A DNA stretch of 64,000 bases from Alphaproteobacteria bacterium (lineage in GTDB: Bacteria > Pseudomonadota > Alphaproteobacteria > JAQWUY01), in NCBI GenBank assembly GCA_029250225.1, contig JAQWUY010000031.1:87705-151704 (forward strand), in the 5' to 3' direction. Below are positions 30,585 to 41,497 of the stretch, piece by piece. The position numbers were made by a program, and so were the translations under genes. A model generated the notes under the pieces. That model had not been told where the DNA came from. It made no database searches and was given only the letters and a program-made list of their open reading frames with translations. How positions within the stretch are numbered: the stretch's first letter is position 1; the number at the start of each line of letters is the position of its first letter.

Positions 30585-32446
30585 TTATTTACACTAATTG
30601 TATAATCTTTGTTTATTTGATAGCCCCTACGATTAGTATACATATCTGTGATATCGATACTTGGTATATGACAAGATTTTATTAATGTATTAGGGGCTAT
30701 TACAATTTTGGCATTTTGATTACATTTATATTTCTTGTTGTTAGTTATTATAACTCCTTTTACTTTACAAGTTTCAGAATTACATATTTTATCATTTTTA
30801 AATCTCAACCCTGTTTGTCTGTATACAGCATTTGATAAAAATGAACTAATTTTTTTATTAACTACATAATGATTTCCATCTTTTATTAATATAGTATTTT
30901 TGTTTACTACAAATATTAATGGTTTATTATTTGGTATAATTGATATAATGATGCCGACAATAAGTAATAAAGATGACAATCTTAATAAAAATTTATTTTT
31001 TTCTAACTTTGCAATTACAAATGTTAAAATCATCATTAAGAATATTATCAAGCCGTAAACTGAAAACTTAGGTAGATAAAAACTACTATAATCGAGATTT
31101 GTTATAAATTCTGCCCAGTGTAATAGAATATTTAAACCAATAGCGGATATTTTTATAAATAGTGGTGTACCAAAAATAATCATTTCAAAAACACTTAACA
31201 GTAAAAAAGGTGCAATAAAGAATGTCATTAATGGGATTGCTATAACATTTGCAATAACACTATAAAGTGAGAACATTCCAAAATGGTATATAATAAACGG
31301 AGAAGTTACTATTTGCACTATAAGAGATGACATTATAACACCTGTAAAAAATCCTTTTATACCTTTCATCTTAACTTTATAAATCTGGAAAAATCCAACT
31401 AGTGAGAAAACAGCGATAAAAGATAAATGAAAACTTGGTGAATAAATACTTTCAGGCATAATAACAGATATAAAACTAGCAACCAATGCAACAGAGCGGA
31501 TATTTAAAACCTGCCTATTAAATAACAAAGCAAAAATTACTATAAATGCCATTATAAAAGCTCTTATTGTCGGTATTGGATAATCGGCAAGACCTGCATA
31601 TAAAAAAGCAACAATTAGGCTAGCAATTCCACATATATTTTTAATTGAATATTTTGTAGTATGATTAAAAAATAAAATAATTAGTAAAAATCTTAACAAA
31701 AAGTATACTGAACCTATTACTAATCCTATATGTAATCCTGAAATTGCTAACAAATGAGCAAGCCCGCTTACCCTTAAATTATTTAAGTTTTGTTTGTCGA
31801 TGCCAGACCTATTTCCGGTAATAAGAGCTGATGCAACACTTGCTGTCTCGCTTGGAATATTTTTATATAAATAGTTGGTTATTTTATTTACTAATTTAAT
31901 ATCTTTTTTCTTTTGTATTATATCAACCTGTAATATTTTCCCATAGCCTATAATTTGCTTATATCTTGCATATTTAGAAAAATCAAAAGCCCCTTTTATT
32001 ATTGGCTTAGACGGAGGAAATACAAATGCTTTTGTCTTTATTTTATCACCGACATTAAATACTTTATTCGTGCTTAATTGTATTTTTCCTGTATAACCAT
32101 CAATCTTATGAATTATTACCCTATGTTTTTTATTACCGTAACTGAATTTTTCAACAACGCCGGTAATATTATAAATACCCTTAGATAAATTAGTTAACTC
32201 CGGCTTAATATAATTTCTTGTAAGCATTGCTATCATACCTAATGAAATAAACAAGAATATATAGCTTATTAGGCGAAATTCATCATTTTTATGACTTAAT
32301 AAACAGGATAAAATAAATAATGGAAACATAAGTAATCCATAATAAATATCATTATAAATAAAGTTAATACCAATAAAAATAAGAATTGGAACAAACACAA
32401 TAAAGTGTTTATGAATTAAAAATATATTTCTAAATATGTTTTGCAT
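30581..32446 (-). CDS. comEC: ComEC/Rec2-family DNA internalisation channel protein (no metallo-beta-lactamase domain)
   Basis: The 621-aa product is polytopic, with a competence-domain motif (GLAHLLAISGLHIG). The C-terminal 150 aa lack any HxHxDH motif. Confidence 0.75.
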   Translation of the reverse strand: MQNIFRNIFLIHKHFIVFVPILIFIGINFIYNDIYYGLLMFPLFILSCLLSHKNDEFRLISYIFLFISLGMIAMLTRNYIKPELTNLSKGIYNITGVVEKFSYGNKKHRVIIHKIDGYTGKIQLSTNKVFNVGDKIKTKAFVFPPSKPIIKGAFDFSKYARYKQIIGYGKILQVDIIQKKKDIKLVNKITNYLYKNIPSETASVASALITGNRSGIDKQNLNNLRVSGLAHLLAISGLHIGLVIGSVYFLLRFLLIILFFNHTTKYSIKNICGIASLIVAFLYAGLADYPIPTIRAFIMAFIVIFALLFNRQVLNIRSVALVASFISVIMPESIYSPSFHLSFIAVFSLVGFFQIYKVKMKGIKGFFTGVIMSSLIVQIVTSPFIIYHFGMFSLYSVIANVIAIPLMTFFIAPFLLLSVFEMIIFGTPLFIKISAIGLNILLHWAEFITNLDYSSFYLPKFSVYGLIIFLMMILTFVIAKLEKNKFLLRLSSLLLIVGIIISIIPNNKPLIFVVNKNTILIKDGNHYVVNKKISSFLSNAVYRQTGLRFKNDKICNSETCKVKGVIITNNKKYKCNQNAKIVIAPNTLIKSCHIPSIDITDMYTNRRGYQINKDYTISVNN

Positions 32447-32542
32447 AATAAAATGTATATTACATTATTTTGATATTATTTCACTTGTTTTTTATACAAC
32501 TTATTGTTATGTTTTGCTAAACAAAATATACAAGGATAAAAT

Positions 32543-33943
32543 ATGTCAATAAATGTTCGTTTTGCCCCTTCACCAACTGGTTATTTACATATTGGTGGAG
32601 CTAGAACCGCCCTATTTAACTACTTATTTGCAAAACATAATAAGGGAAATTTCCTTGTTAGGATAGAAGATACCGACAAAGCTCGTTCTACACAAGAAGC
32701 TGTAAATGCAATAAAACAAGGTCTTGACTGGCTCGGCCTATCCCCTGATAGTGAATATATATTCCAATCAGATAATATTGAAAAGCATAAAGAAGTAGTT
32801 AAAAAACTACTTGATAGTGGTAAAGCTTATTATTGCTATACTACCCCAGAAGAATTATCACAAATGCGAGAAGAAGCACAAAAACAAGGGATTCAGTTTA
32901 AATACCCTCATATTTGGCGTGATAGCAAAGAAACACCTCCAAAAGATGTTAAACCCGTTGTAAGAATTAAACTTCCTAAAACTGGTGAAACCGTTATCAA
33001 TGACTTGGTGCAAGGACAAGTAACAGTTGCGAATGAACAACTTGATGATTTTATATTACTTCGCAGTGATGGTAGTCCAACATATATGTTATCCGTTGTT
33101 GTTGATGATATTGATATGAACATATCACACATAATTCGTGGTGATGACCATTTGAATAATGCATTTCGTCAATACCACTTATTCAAAGCTATTGGTGTTG
33201 ATATTCCAAAATTTGCACATATTCCACTTATCTACGGCGAAGATGGGAAAAAATTATCAAAAAGACACGGAGCATTAGGGGTTGAACAATATCAAAAAAT
33301 GGGTTACCTAGCTGATGCTTTAAAAAATTATTTATGTAGATTGGGCTGGTCACACGGTGATAATGAAATTTTTACACAACAACAAGCTATTGAATGGTTT
33401 GATCTAAAAAATGTAGGTAAAAGCCCTTCTAGAATGGATTTTAAAAAGCTTGAAAATCTAAATGCTAGTTATATCAAACAAATGGATAATCAAGAATTAT
33501 TAAATATTATTATTCCTATGTTTGGAAAAATTGATGATATCGCAATAAAAAGAATAGAAAAAGGAATTGATAGTATTAAATCAAGAGCAACTACTGTGAA
33601 TGATTTCACAACACTATGTGATTTTTATGTGAATCGTCCATCTTTTCCGCTATCTGATGAAAAAACACAGAAATTGATAAAACAAAACAGTCCTGATATT
33701 CTTGAAAATGTTGCTAATGTTATCAAAGATATTGATGAATGGAGTGAACAAAACATTGAAAATACTATAAAATTATTTATAGAAAAAAATAATTTTAAAT
33801 TTGCAGAAGTTGCCCAACCAATTCGTGCGACTATTTCTGGCACTACAAAAAGCCCCGGAATATTCGAGATTATTAATATATTAGGTAAGCAAGAAACAAT
33901 TGAAAGGTTAACTAAATTGTCAAAAAATAAGACAGATTCTTGA
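32543..33943 (+). CDS. gltX: Glutamyl-tRNA synthetase
   Basis: The 466-aa product has HIGG (the HIGH motif) and KLSKRHG (the KMSKS motif). Confidence 0.9.
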   Translation: MSINVRFAPSPTGYLHIGGARTALFNYLFAKHNKGNFLVRIEDTDKARSTQEAVNAIKQGLDWLGLSPDSEYIFQSDNIEKHKEVVKKLLDSGKAYYCYTTPEELSQMREEAQKQGIQFKYPHIWRDSKETPPKDVKPVVRIKLPKTGETVINDLVQGQVTVANEQLDDFILLRSDGSPTYMLSVVVDDIDMNISHIIRGDDHLNNAFRQYHLFKAIGVDIPKFAHIPLIYGEDGKKLSKRHGALGVEQYQKMGYLADALKNYLCRLGWSHGDNEIFTQQQAIEWFDLKNVGKSPSRMDFKKLENLNASYIKQMDNQELLNIIIPMFGKIDDIAIKRIEKGIDSIKSRATTVNDFTTLCDFYVNRPSFPLSDEKTQKLIKQNSPDILENVANVIKDIDEWSEQNIENTIKLFIEKNNFKFAEVAQPIRATISGTTKSPGIFEIINILGKQETIERLTKLSKNKTDS

Positions 33944-34010
33944 TAATTTTTTTCAAATATTTTACAATAATCACATTAATAAAAAATAATTTTGCATAGG
34001 GAAGATAAAA

Positions 34011-35306
34011 ATGAGTAAAAAAACAATCACATTAACAGATAACCAAACCGGAGAAAAATACGATTTTCCAATCCTAGAAGGTACAACGGGCCCTGATGTA
34101 ATCGATATTCGTAAATTATATAATAAAACAGGTATGTTTACTTATGACCCTGGTTTTACTTCTACTGCATCTTGTGAAAGTAAAATTACATACATTGATG
34201 GAAACAAGGGAACATTACTGCATTATGGTTATACAATACAAGATTTAACAGAAAATTGTTCTTATATGGAAGTTTGTTATTTACTATTAAATGGTGAACT
34301 ACCTAATAAATCAGAACTAGAAGAATTTGTAAAATATTTTACAAACCATACAATGGTACACGACCAAATGAATTTATTCTTCCGCGGTTTCCGTCGTGAT
34401 GCTCACCCTATGGCTATTCTAATTGGTTCCGTCGGAGCATTGTCAGCATTTTACCATCAAGATATTGATGTATTTGATCCAGAGCAACGTAAAAAATCAG
34501 CAATGCGTATTTTTTCAAAAATACCAACACTAGCAGCAATGGCATATAAATATTCAATCGGACAACCTTTTGTTTATCCAAGAAACGATCTAAATTATGC
34601 TGAAAATTTCTTGCATATGATGTTCTCTGTTCCAACAGAAGAATATAAAGTAAACCCTGTTGTAGCATCAGCTTTAGACAAAGTGTTTATATTACACGCC
34701 GACCACGAACAAAATGCTTCTACTTCTACTGTTCGTACTTCTGCATCTAGTGAAGCGAATCCTTTTGCTTGTATATCATCAGGAATTGCCTCTTTATGGG
34801 GGCCTGCGCATGGTGGTGCAAACGAAGCTGTTCTTAGTATGTTAAAAGAAATTAAAACAACTAGTAATATTAATAGATATATTAAAAAAGCAAAAGATAA
34901 ATCAGATCCATTTAGATTAATGGGATTCGGACATAGAGTATATAAAAATACAGATCCAAGAGCTTCTGTGTTAAAGAAATCAGCACACGATGTTCTAGAA
35001 ATACTAGGTAAAAAAGATGACCCATTATTTAAATTAGCATTGGAATTAGAAGAAATTGCACTAAATGATGAATATTTCATAAGAAGAAAATTATTCCCTA
35101 ATGTAGATTTTTATTCTGGAATTATTTTATCTGCGATAGGATTACCAACTTCTATGTTTACGGTTTTATTTGCCGTTGGTCGTACAGTTGGGTGGGTAAG
35201 TCAGTGGGTGGAAATGATGGAATCTCCAGAATTAAAAATTGCTCGTCCGAGACAATTATTCAAAGGGAAATACGATAAAAAAGTAAAACCGATAGATAAA
35301 AGATAA
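34011..35306 (+). CDS. gltA: Citrate synthase (type II)
   Basis: The 431-aa product has GFGHRVYK and the other citrate synthase signatures. Confidence 0.95.
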   Translation: MSKKTITLTDNQTGEKYDFPILEGTTGPDVIDIRKLYNKTGMFTYDPGFTSTASCESKITYIDGNKGTLLHYGYTIQDLTENCSYMEVCYLLLNGELPNKSELEEFVKYFTNHTMVHDQMNLFFRGFRRDAHPMAILIGSVGALSAFYHQDIDVFDPEQRKKSAMRIFSKIPTLAAMAYKYSIGQPFVYPRNDLNYAENFLHMMFSVPTEEYKVNPVVASALDKVFILHADHEQNASTSTVRTSASSEANPFACISSGIASLWGPAHGGANEAVLSMLKEIKTTSNINRYIKKAKDKSDPFRLMGFGHRVYKNTDPRASVLKKSAHDVLEILGKKDDPLFKLALELEEIALNDEYFIRRKLFPNVDFYSGIILSAIGLPTSMFTVLFAVGRTVGWVSQWVEMMESPELKIARPRQLFKGKYDKKVKPIDKR

Positions 35307-35337
35307 AAAATAAATAATAAAAGATATTAAAAAGAAA

Positions 35338-36465
35338 TTAAATTTTTATAATATCTTTTATTCTTTTGTATATAGATTTACCATATTCACCGTCTGGTGA
35401 TTTTAGAAGTTTGAAAATTTTCTTAAATTCTTTCTTTTGTTCTATACCGCCACTAGAAAGAATTTTATTAACTGCATTTGCAATTTTTGTAGGATTAGCT
35501 TTATCTCTAACAAATTCAGGTACAATCTTTTTATGTCCAAGAACTATATTAGGTAAAGATGCATAAGGGGGATAATAAAAAAGTCTCATAATTAATTCTG
35601 ATATTATACTAGTATTATACGCCACTACCATTGGCACACCTAGTATGGCAAGCTCCAAGGTAACCGTACCTATTGTAGCAATCGCACAATCACAATGTTG
35701 TAATGCATCATTTTTTTCATCTTGCTCAATAATATTATATTTTAAACCGCTTTTTTCTAGTTCTTCTTTTATTTTATCTTTTTGACTTTTTACAACAGGA
35801 GCGAATACATGGATATTTGAGCCAAGTTTTTTTATCGCTTTAATATACATATCTAAACAATATTTTATTTCACCACTTCTTGAACCTGCTAATAAAGCAA
35901 TTAATTTGTCATTTTTATTAACATTATATTTTTTACGTAAATCAATTTTTGGTTTATCTGGTTTTTTATCGCAAGAAGGATGACCAACAAAATAGGTTTT
36001 AACACCTTTAAATAATTTTTGTTCAAATGGAAAAATACACATAATACTATCAAATAACCTAGCGTATAATTTAGCTCTGCGTTTTCTTGATGCCCATACA
36101 GATGGAGCAACAACTTGCATTTTATGTGAATCTAAATCTTGTATACCTTGTGTGATACGGCGAGAAAAACTTTGTGCATCAATTGTAATTACAATATCTG
36201 GTTTTTTTTGTTTTATATCATCAACGGTCATTTGTATTCTAGATTTTAAAAAGTTATATCTTGTTAGAATATCAACAGCTCCCATTACTGCCAAATCATT
36301 ATAATCAAAAAGACTTTTTAAACCAAATTCCGACATTCTTTCGCCTCCGATACCGGATATTTCAACTTCGTCTTTTTTAAAATTCTTCAATATTTCAGCA
36401 CCTAGTAAGTCACCAGAAGCCTCACCAGCAATAATATAAATATGTTTTTTATTATTTTTTGCCAT
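35338..36465 (-). CDS. lpxB: Lipid-A-disaccharide synthase
   Basis: The 375-aa product has an LpxB-like N-terminus (IYIIAGEASGD). Confidence 0.85.
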   Translation of the reverse strand: MAKNNKKHIYIIAGEASGDLLGAEILKNFKKDEVEISGIGGERMSEFGLKSLFDYNDLAVMGAVDILTRYNFLKSRIQMTVDDIKQKKPDIVITIDAQSFSRRITQGIQDLDSHKMQVVAPSVWASRKRRAKLYARLFDSIMCIFPFEQKLFKGVKTYFVGHPSCDKKPDKPKIDLRKKYNVNKNDKLIALLAGSRSGEIKYCLDMYIKAIKKLGSNIHVFAPVVKSQKDKIKEELEKSGLKYNIIEQDEKNDALQHCDCAIATIGTVTLELAILGVPMVVAYNTSIISELIMRLFYYPPYASLPNIVLGHKKIVPEFVRDKANPTKIANAVNKILSSGGIEQKKEFKKIFKLLKSPDGEYGKSIYKRIKDIIKI

Positions 36466-37271
36466 TAAATCACAGTTATAAAAATATTTAAAGAATTAGC
36501 TTTTTCAATTACTTTATCTTTATTTAGTATAATTGTCCCTTTACTAAAAATAGAAATACCACAAAAACCATTTTCAGCAATATTTTCAACAGTTTTAACA
36601 CCTATTACCGGTAAATCTGCTAAGTTAGTTTGATCATCTTTTTTACCTTTGATTAACACAGGCTTTCCAAAGGATTTTTTAAAATTTCCAGCCCTTTTTA
36701 TCATTGCATCTGTACCTTCTATTGCTTCAATAGCTACTACTGTATTATTTTGTACAGCAATAGATTGCCCTATATCATAAATAGATAAATGCTTTAATAT
36801 CTTTTTTCCCAATTGAATATCATTCAAATTATGTTCATCAGGCTGTGAAGTTGTTAATATTCCAACAGGTAAAACTTGTTTACCTAACACATTTTCAATG
36901 CCTATAACTTCAAAGCCTTTTGAGTTGATAAATTCAATAGTGGTTCTAAGTACTTTATCATCACCACCCATATCAGACATTATCATATGTACCAATTGTT
37001 TGGTTTCTTCATCTTGTGGTGTAAAATTATTTACATCTAGTTTGCCTACACCACCAGCCATTACAACTTTCGTAACATTATTTTTACGAAAATATTCTAA
37101 TATCTTACCAAAATGTTCAAGTGATTCATTTATATGATCAGCTTTAACGCCGGCCGTTTCAAAGAATCCTTTAATACCAACAACAAAAGGATTATTAATT
37201 TTTTCTATTAATACTTTGGGTAAATCCCCGTCCCCTGCTATTATGCCAATATTTTCGTTAATCATCGTCAC
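36465..37271 (-). CDS. lpxI: UDP-2,3-diacylglucosamine hydrolase LpxI (DUF1009)
   Basis: The 268-aa product lies between lpxA and lpxB, as in Caulobacter-type clusters. It has a GIIAGDGDLP N-terminus. The family call rests on position and size. Confidence 0.65.
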   Translation of the reverse strand: MTMINENIGIIAGDGDLPKVLIEKINNPFVVGIKGFFETAGVKADHINESLEHFGKILEYFRKNNVTKVVMAGGVGKLDVNNFTPQDEETKQLVHMIMSDMGGDDKVLRTTIEFINSKGFEVIGIENVLGKQVLPVGILTTSQPDEHNLNDIQLGKKILKHLSIYDIGQSIAVQNNTVVAIEAIEGTDAMIKRAGNFKKSFGKPVLIKGKKDDQTNLADLPVIGVKTVENIAENGFCGISIFSKGTIILNKDKVIEKANSLNIFITVI

Positions 37272-38038
37272 CTTGTAAATCCGAGTTTACTTTCCCCTTG
37301 AATAAAATTACCTATTTCTTTTACATATTCATTATCTGATAACAGAAATTTTTCTCCTAAATCATTGATAATGTTTTTACTATCTTTTATTTCATTAATT
37401 GCTTTAGTTATTGCTAGGATATCTCTTTTTTTCATACCCATTCTTTTTAAACCAACAAAATTAGGCCCACGCATATAACCTAGTTGAGTTATTAATGAAA
37501 AAGGAATTATATCTTTTTTTACACCAACCATACCACCAATCATAACATTTCTGCCTACTCTTGTATGGTGATGCATAACAGAATGACCCCCGACAATAAC
37601 ATTATTATGTAAATTACAATGACCACCCAGTACAACAGCAGATGCAATAATAACATTATTAGCAATCACACAATCGTGACCAATGTGAACATTTGACATA
37701 ACTAAGCAATTATCACTAATCTTGGTTAGGCAATTATCTTTTTTTGTTCCACGATTAATTGATACAAATTCACGAATATCGGAATTCTCTCCTATTTCTA
37801 GGAATGTTTCATCTTCATTATTAAATGATACATCTTGTGGATCACCACCAAGTGAGGATTGCGAAGATATTTTTGTTCCATTGCCAATTTTAGTATTACA
37901 ATGAATTACAGTACCGGCTTTTATGGATACATTATCGCCAATTTCTACATTTTTACCAATAATGACATAAGGGTCTATTGTTACATTTTTACCTATTTTT
38001 GTATTTTTATCGATTATTGCAGTTTTATGAATATTCAT
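37268..38038 (-). CDS. lpxA: Acyl-ACP--UDP-N-acetylglucosamine O-acyltransferase
   Basis: The 256-aa product has left-handed beta-helix hexapeptide repeats and the conserved HIGHDC region. Confidence 0.85.
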   Translation of the reverse strand: MNIHKTAIIDKNTKIGKNVTIDPYVIIGKNVEIGDNVSIKAGTVIHCNTKIGNGTKISSQSSLGGDPQDVSFNNEDETFLEIGENSDIREFVSINRGTKKDNCLTKISDNCLVMSNVHIGHDCVIANNVIIASAVVLGGHCNLHNNVIVGGHSVMHHHTRVGRNVMIGGMVGVKKDIIPFSLITQLGYMRGPNFVGLKRMGMKKRDILAITKAINEIKDSKNIINDLGEKFLLSDNEYVKEIGNFIQGESKLGFTR

Positions 38039-38049
38039 TTTTTTTAACC

Positions 38050-38526
38050 TTATTTATCTGTCAAGCAAGCTGTAAATACTGCTTCTGTACAAATATCTTC
38101 ACCAACTAATACACGACCTGAAAACTTCCATATCCCACCACGAGATTTTATTTTTTTAGTCTCAATTCTCAAACAGTCACCAGGCACAACAGGTTTTCTA
38201 AATTTAACCTCGTCAATAGACATAAAATAAATAACCTTGTTATCCAAATCAATACCTTTTTTACTTTCCGGTATCAATGTCATCAAAGAGGCAACTTGTG
38301 CCATAGACTCAACTAGCATAACTCCGGGCATAATTGGGTGTCCAGGGAAATGTCCTTGAAATTGTGGCTCATTATATGTTACATTCTTTATTCCCACACA
38401 ACTCTTATAATCATCTATTTCTATGATCTTATCTACTAATAAAAAAGGGTATCTATGTGGTAATAGATTCATTATATCAACTAAGCTCATTATTTCTTTA
38501 CTCATTTCCATCTCCATTAACATCAA
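38050..38526 (-). CDS. fabZ: 3-hydroxyacyl-ACP dehydratase FabZ
   Basis: LLPHRYPFLLVDKI is the FabZ hot-dog signature. The true start is probably an internal Met near 38505-38511. The ORF overlaps the skp 3' end. Confidence 0.85.
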   Translation of the reverse strand: MMLMEMEMSKEIMSLVDIMNLLPHRYPFLLVDKIIEIDDYKSCVGIKNVTYNEPQFQGHFPGHPIMPGVMLVESMAQVASLMTLIPESKKGIDLDNKVIYFMSIDEVKFRKPVVPGDCLRIETKKIKSRGGIWKFSGRVLVGEDICTEAVFTACLTDK

Positions 38527-39070
38527 TTAGTAATTTCAAATTCATTTTTTCTTTATTTAGTATTTCTATTACTTTATCTGTAATATCAACTCTATTATTT
38601 AAGTATACTACATAAGAGTTAAAAGAAACACTATTTGTATTTATAACTATATCTAATTTTTCATTTTTAGCTATTTTATTGATTATTTTTGTTATTTTAC
38701 CCTGTATTTGTCCTTTTATATTTATATATTTTATATCCATCTGTTTTTTTTGATACTGAACATATTTTTGTAATTTTATGTTTTTTTCTTTAAAATCTTT
38801 TTCTAATACAGAAATTTTATTAGTATCTTGCTTATTATCTCGCATTTTTTTTATTTTAAACCATATTTTTTCAATGTCTTTTTCTTTTTTTGTAACAATA
38901 TCCCTTACTTTAATAGAATGTTGTTCAATTTTTTTCACAAAGTTATTCCATGTACTGAAATTATTAAAAACTTTGTCTGCATTGATATATGCTATATTTA
39001 CTTTTGCAGAAGCAAAACTACAAAAAGAAGTAAAAAGCATTATAAAAAGTATATAAAATATTTTTTTCAT
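38498..39070 (-). CDS. skp: OmpH/Skp-family periplasmic chaperone
   Basis: The 190-aa product has a signal peptide and a coiled-coil K/E-rich body. It lies immediately downstream of bamA. Confidence 0.7.
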   Translation of the reverse strand: MKKIFYILFIMLFTSFCSFASAKVNIAYINADKVFNNFSTWNNFVKKIEQHSIKVRDIVTKKEKDIEKIWFKIKKMRDNKQDTNKISVLEKDFKEKNIKLQKYVQYQKKQMDIKYINIKGQIQGKITKIINKIAKNEKLDIVINTNSVSFNSYVVYLNNRVDITDKVIEILNKEKMNLKLLIDVNGDGNE

Positions 39071-41389
39071 TTAATAATTTATTCCAAATCCTACAATAAA
39101 TTGAAATCCTGCACTCTTGTCAGTTGGCGCCTTTTTAATAGGCCTAGAAACTGTAAATCTCATCGGTCCAATTGGACTTTCCCATTTAACTCCCAAGCCA
39201 ATTGTTTGACGAACTTCATTTTCACCTACAACCGGTTGTGGTGTCGATACTTGAGTACCACTATCGTCTGTTGTAGTAACATCTGCTTGCACTGGTGTGC
39301 CTGTAAGTTTTGCAATATTATAAAAAGCATTACCTTTCACACCCATAGAAGCAGGAAGACCAATTGGAAAATCTAATTCCACAGAACCTGTAAGTCGTGT
39401 TGTTCCACCTAACAAACTACCGCTAGTTTGATCCATTGGACCAACCTTATCAAAACCTATAATATAATCTGAATTTAAGTATAATCTATCATTAAGTCTT
39501 AAATTTTCATAATTCATAATTCTAGTTGCCGTACCAAATAATATTAAATTCACTCTTTCATCAACAGGGTAATAGTAAGAACCTCTTAAAGAAACATAAG
39601 AATGTCTATACTTAGTAGCCATTGATTTAATATATGTCGTAAGACTAACTGTATAACCTGAACTAGGATCTAAAACATCATCAACATCAGTATAACTTAG
39701 TTTTTGGGATACAGTGTGCCCTCTTGTTCTTCCTTGCTCACCTAGTACAGACGATGAAGCATTAGTTCCAACTTTATATAGATTAAAATCATGGAATGAA
39801 TACCCAATAGTTTGAGCCCATTTTTCATTAAAATCATACGAAAAAGATGTTGAAAATGAGTTTGAAGTAGCTTTATATGACTGTTTTTCTGTATAGTCGA
39901 AAATTGAACGAGATACAGAAAAAGTAGAAGAAACATTATACCCCATAAAATAAGGTTCTGTGAAGCTTATATTTCCCGACAAGCTTTTTCCATTTTTTGT
40001 GAAAGCAGAAGATAATTTTTGCCCTCGTCCTAGAAAATTGTCTTCTGAAATGGAAGCTCTAAATATAACACCATTAGCAGATGAATAACCAGCACCAAGT
40101 CCAGCACTACCTGTCGTTTTTTCATTCACATCTATATATATTATTACTTTATTAGATGATGCACCTTCAGCAAAACTTAGTTTTACACCTGAAAAGTATC
40201 CTAATTGCTCAATATTTTCCTCAGACGAACGAATAAGTACTGGATTAAATGGGTCACCTTCAACTAATAATATCTTTTTACGTATTACACGGTCAAGAGT
40301 TCTAGTATTTCCACGAATAACTATTTTTTCAATAAAAACTTTTCTATTTGTTTTCATTTTAAAGTTAACATCCATATATCGTTGGCCATCTTTTGTATAT
40401 TTTTTAAATTCAGGTTCTAATGTAACAAATGCAACACCTTGTTTTGCTAATTCTTCTGAAATATTGTATATTATTTTACTGAATCCGCCAGCATAAACAT
40501 ATCCTGATTTATCAGCACCTGTTAATAATTTATTTACTTTATTTTTATTAATTCCTGGTTTCCAACCGGTTATGTAAAGCTTGCCTAGCTTATATCTTTG
40601 TCCTTCATTTATTTTATATGTAAGAAAGAAATCTTTTTTATTTTTCGACAATTCAGCATTAACTGATATAACTTCGATATCTGAATAACCACGATTGGTG
40701 TAAAATTGTCTCAAACTTTGCTTGTCAACATCCGTTCTAGCTTTATCGTATATGTCATCGTCTGATAGAAAACGCCACAAAACATCTTCACTTGATAAAA
40801 TATGACCTTTTAAAGTGGTATCGCTATATGCTTTATTACCAATAAAACTAATTTTTTTAATTGTTGCAATTTCCCCTTCTTCTATATTAAAGATCAAATC
40901 CAATCTGTTATTTGTTTTAATTTCTTTTTCAAAATTTATCTTAGCAGAATAGTATCCTCTAGCTTTATAATACTGTCTGATATTTTCAATAGCTAATCTC
41001 TCACTTCTTTTTGAATAAACACTACGAATTTTAATACCAACGACATTTAGTAATTCAGAAGACTTAGCAGCTTTATTCCCCTTAAATATAAAATTATTAA
41101 AAATTGGATTTTCAACAACCTTAATTGTTAATATCCCATTATTAAATTTGACATTAACATCTTTAAAACTACCAGTATTATAAAGTTCTTGTATTATCTC
41201 TTTTTCTTCTTCTTTACCAATTTCATCACCCTCACGATAAGAAATGCTGGCTTCAACAGCAACAGAAGATACACGATTATTACCTAATATTCTTATTTTC
41301 TTTATCAATTGTTCTGCAAAAACTATATTTGTAGAAATTAAGACAACAAACACAACTGATAATATCTTTACGATAATACTTCTAAACAT
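39071..41389 (-). CDS. bamA: Outer-membrane protein assembly factor BamA
   Basis: The 772-aa product has a signal peptide, POTRA repeats and a C-terminal beta-barrel ending in a terminal aromatic (…GFGINY). Confidence 0.9.
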   Translation of the reverse strand: MFRSIIVKILSVVFVVLISTNIVFAEQLIKKIRILGNNRVSSVAVEASISYREGDEIGKEEEKEIIQELYNTGSFKDVNVKFNNGILTIKVVENPIFNNFIFKGNKAAKSSELLNVVGIKIRSVYSKRSERLAIENIRQYYKARGYYSAKINFEKEIKTNNRLDLIFNIEEGEIATIKKISFIGNKAYSDTTLKGHILSSEDVLWRFLSDDDIYDKARTDVDKQSLRQFYTNRGYSDIEVISVNAELSKNKKDFFLTYKINEGQRYKLGKLYITGWKPGINKNKVNKLLTGADKSGYVYAGGFSKIIYNISEELAKQGVAFVTLEPEFKKYTKDGQRYMDVNFKMKTNRKVFIEKIVIRGNTRTLDRVIRKKILLVEGDPFNPVLIRSSEENIEQLGYFSGVKLSFAEGASSNKVIIYIDVNEKTTGSAGLGAGYSSANGVIFRASISEDNFLGRGQKLSSAFTKNGKSLSGNISFTEPYFMGYNVSSTFSVSRSIFDYTEKQSYKATSNSFSTSFSYDFNEKWAQTIGYSFHDFNLYKVGTNASSSVLGEQGRTRGHTVSQKLSYTDVDDVLDPSSGYTVSLTTYIKSMATKYRHSYVSLRGSYYYPVDERVNLILFGTATRIMNYENLRLNDRLYLNSDYIIGFDKVGPMDQTSGSLLGGTTRLTGSVELDFPIGLPASMGVKGNAFYNIAKLTGTPVQADVTTTDDSGTQVSTPQPVVGENEVRQTIGLGVKWESPIGPMRFTVSRPIKKAPTDKSAGFQFIVGFGINY

Positions 41390-41497
41390 ATTTTTTCCTA
41401 GCTTTGATATATTTTATTAATTAATTTTTTAAACATAGTACAAAAAGTATTATGCTATGTCTAGTTTTTTATAGTTATTATTTTCATTTTTTTTAAA

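Noticed and set aside
41390-41497. Imperfect hairpin (CATAGCA.../...TACTATG) between rseP and bamA
   Set aside because: The stem has only 6/7 bp with a mismatch and a long loop. It is not convincing as a terminator or regulatory RNA.
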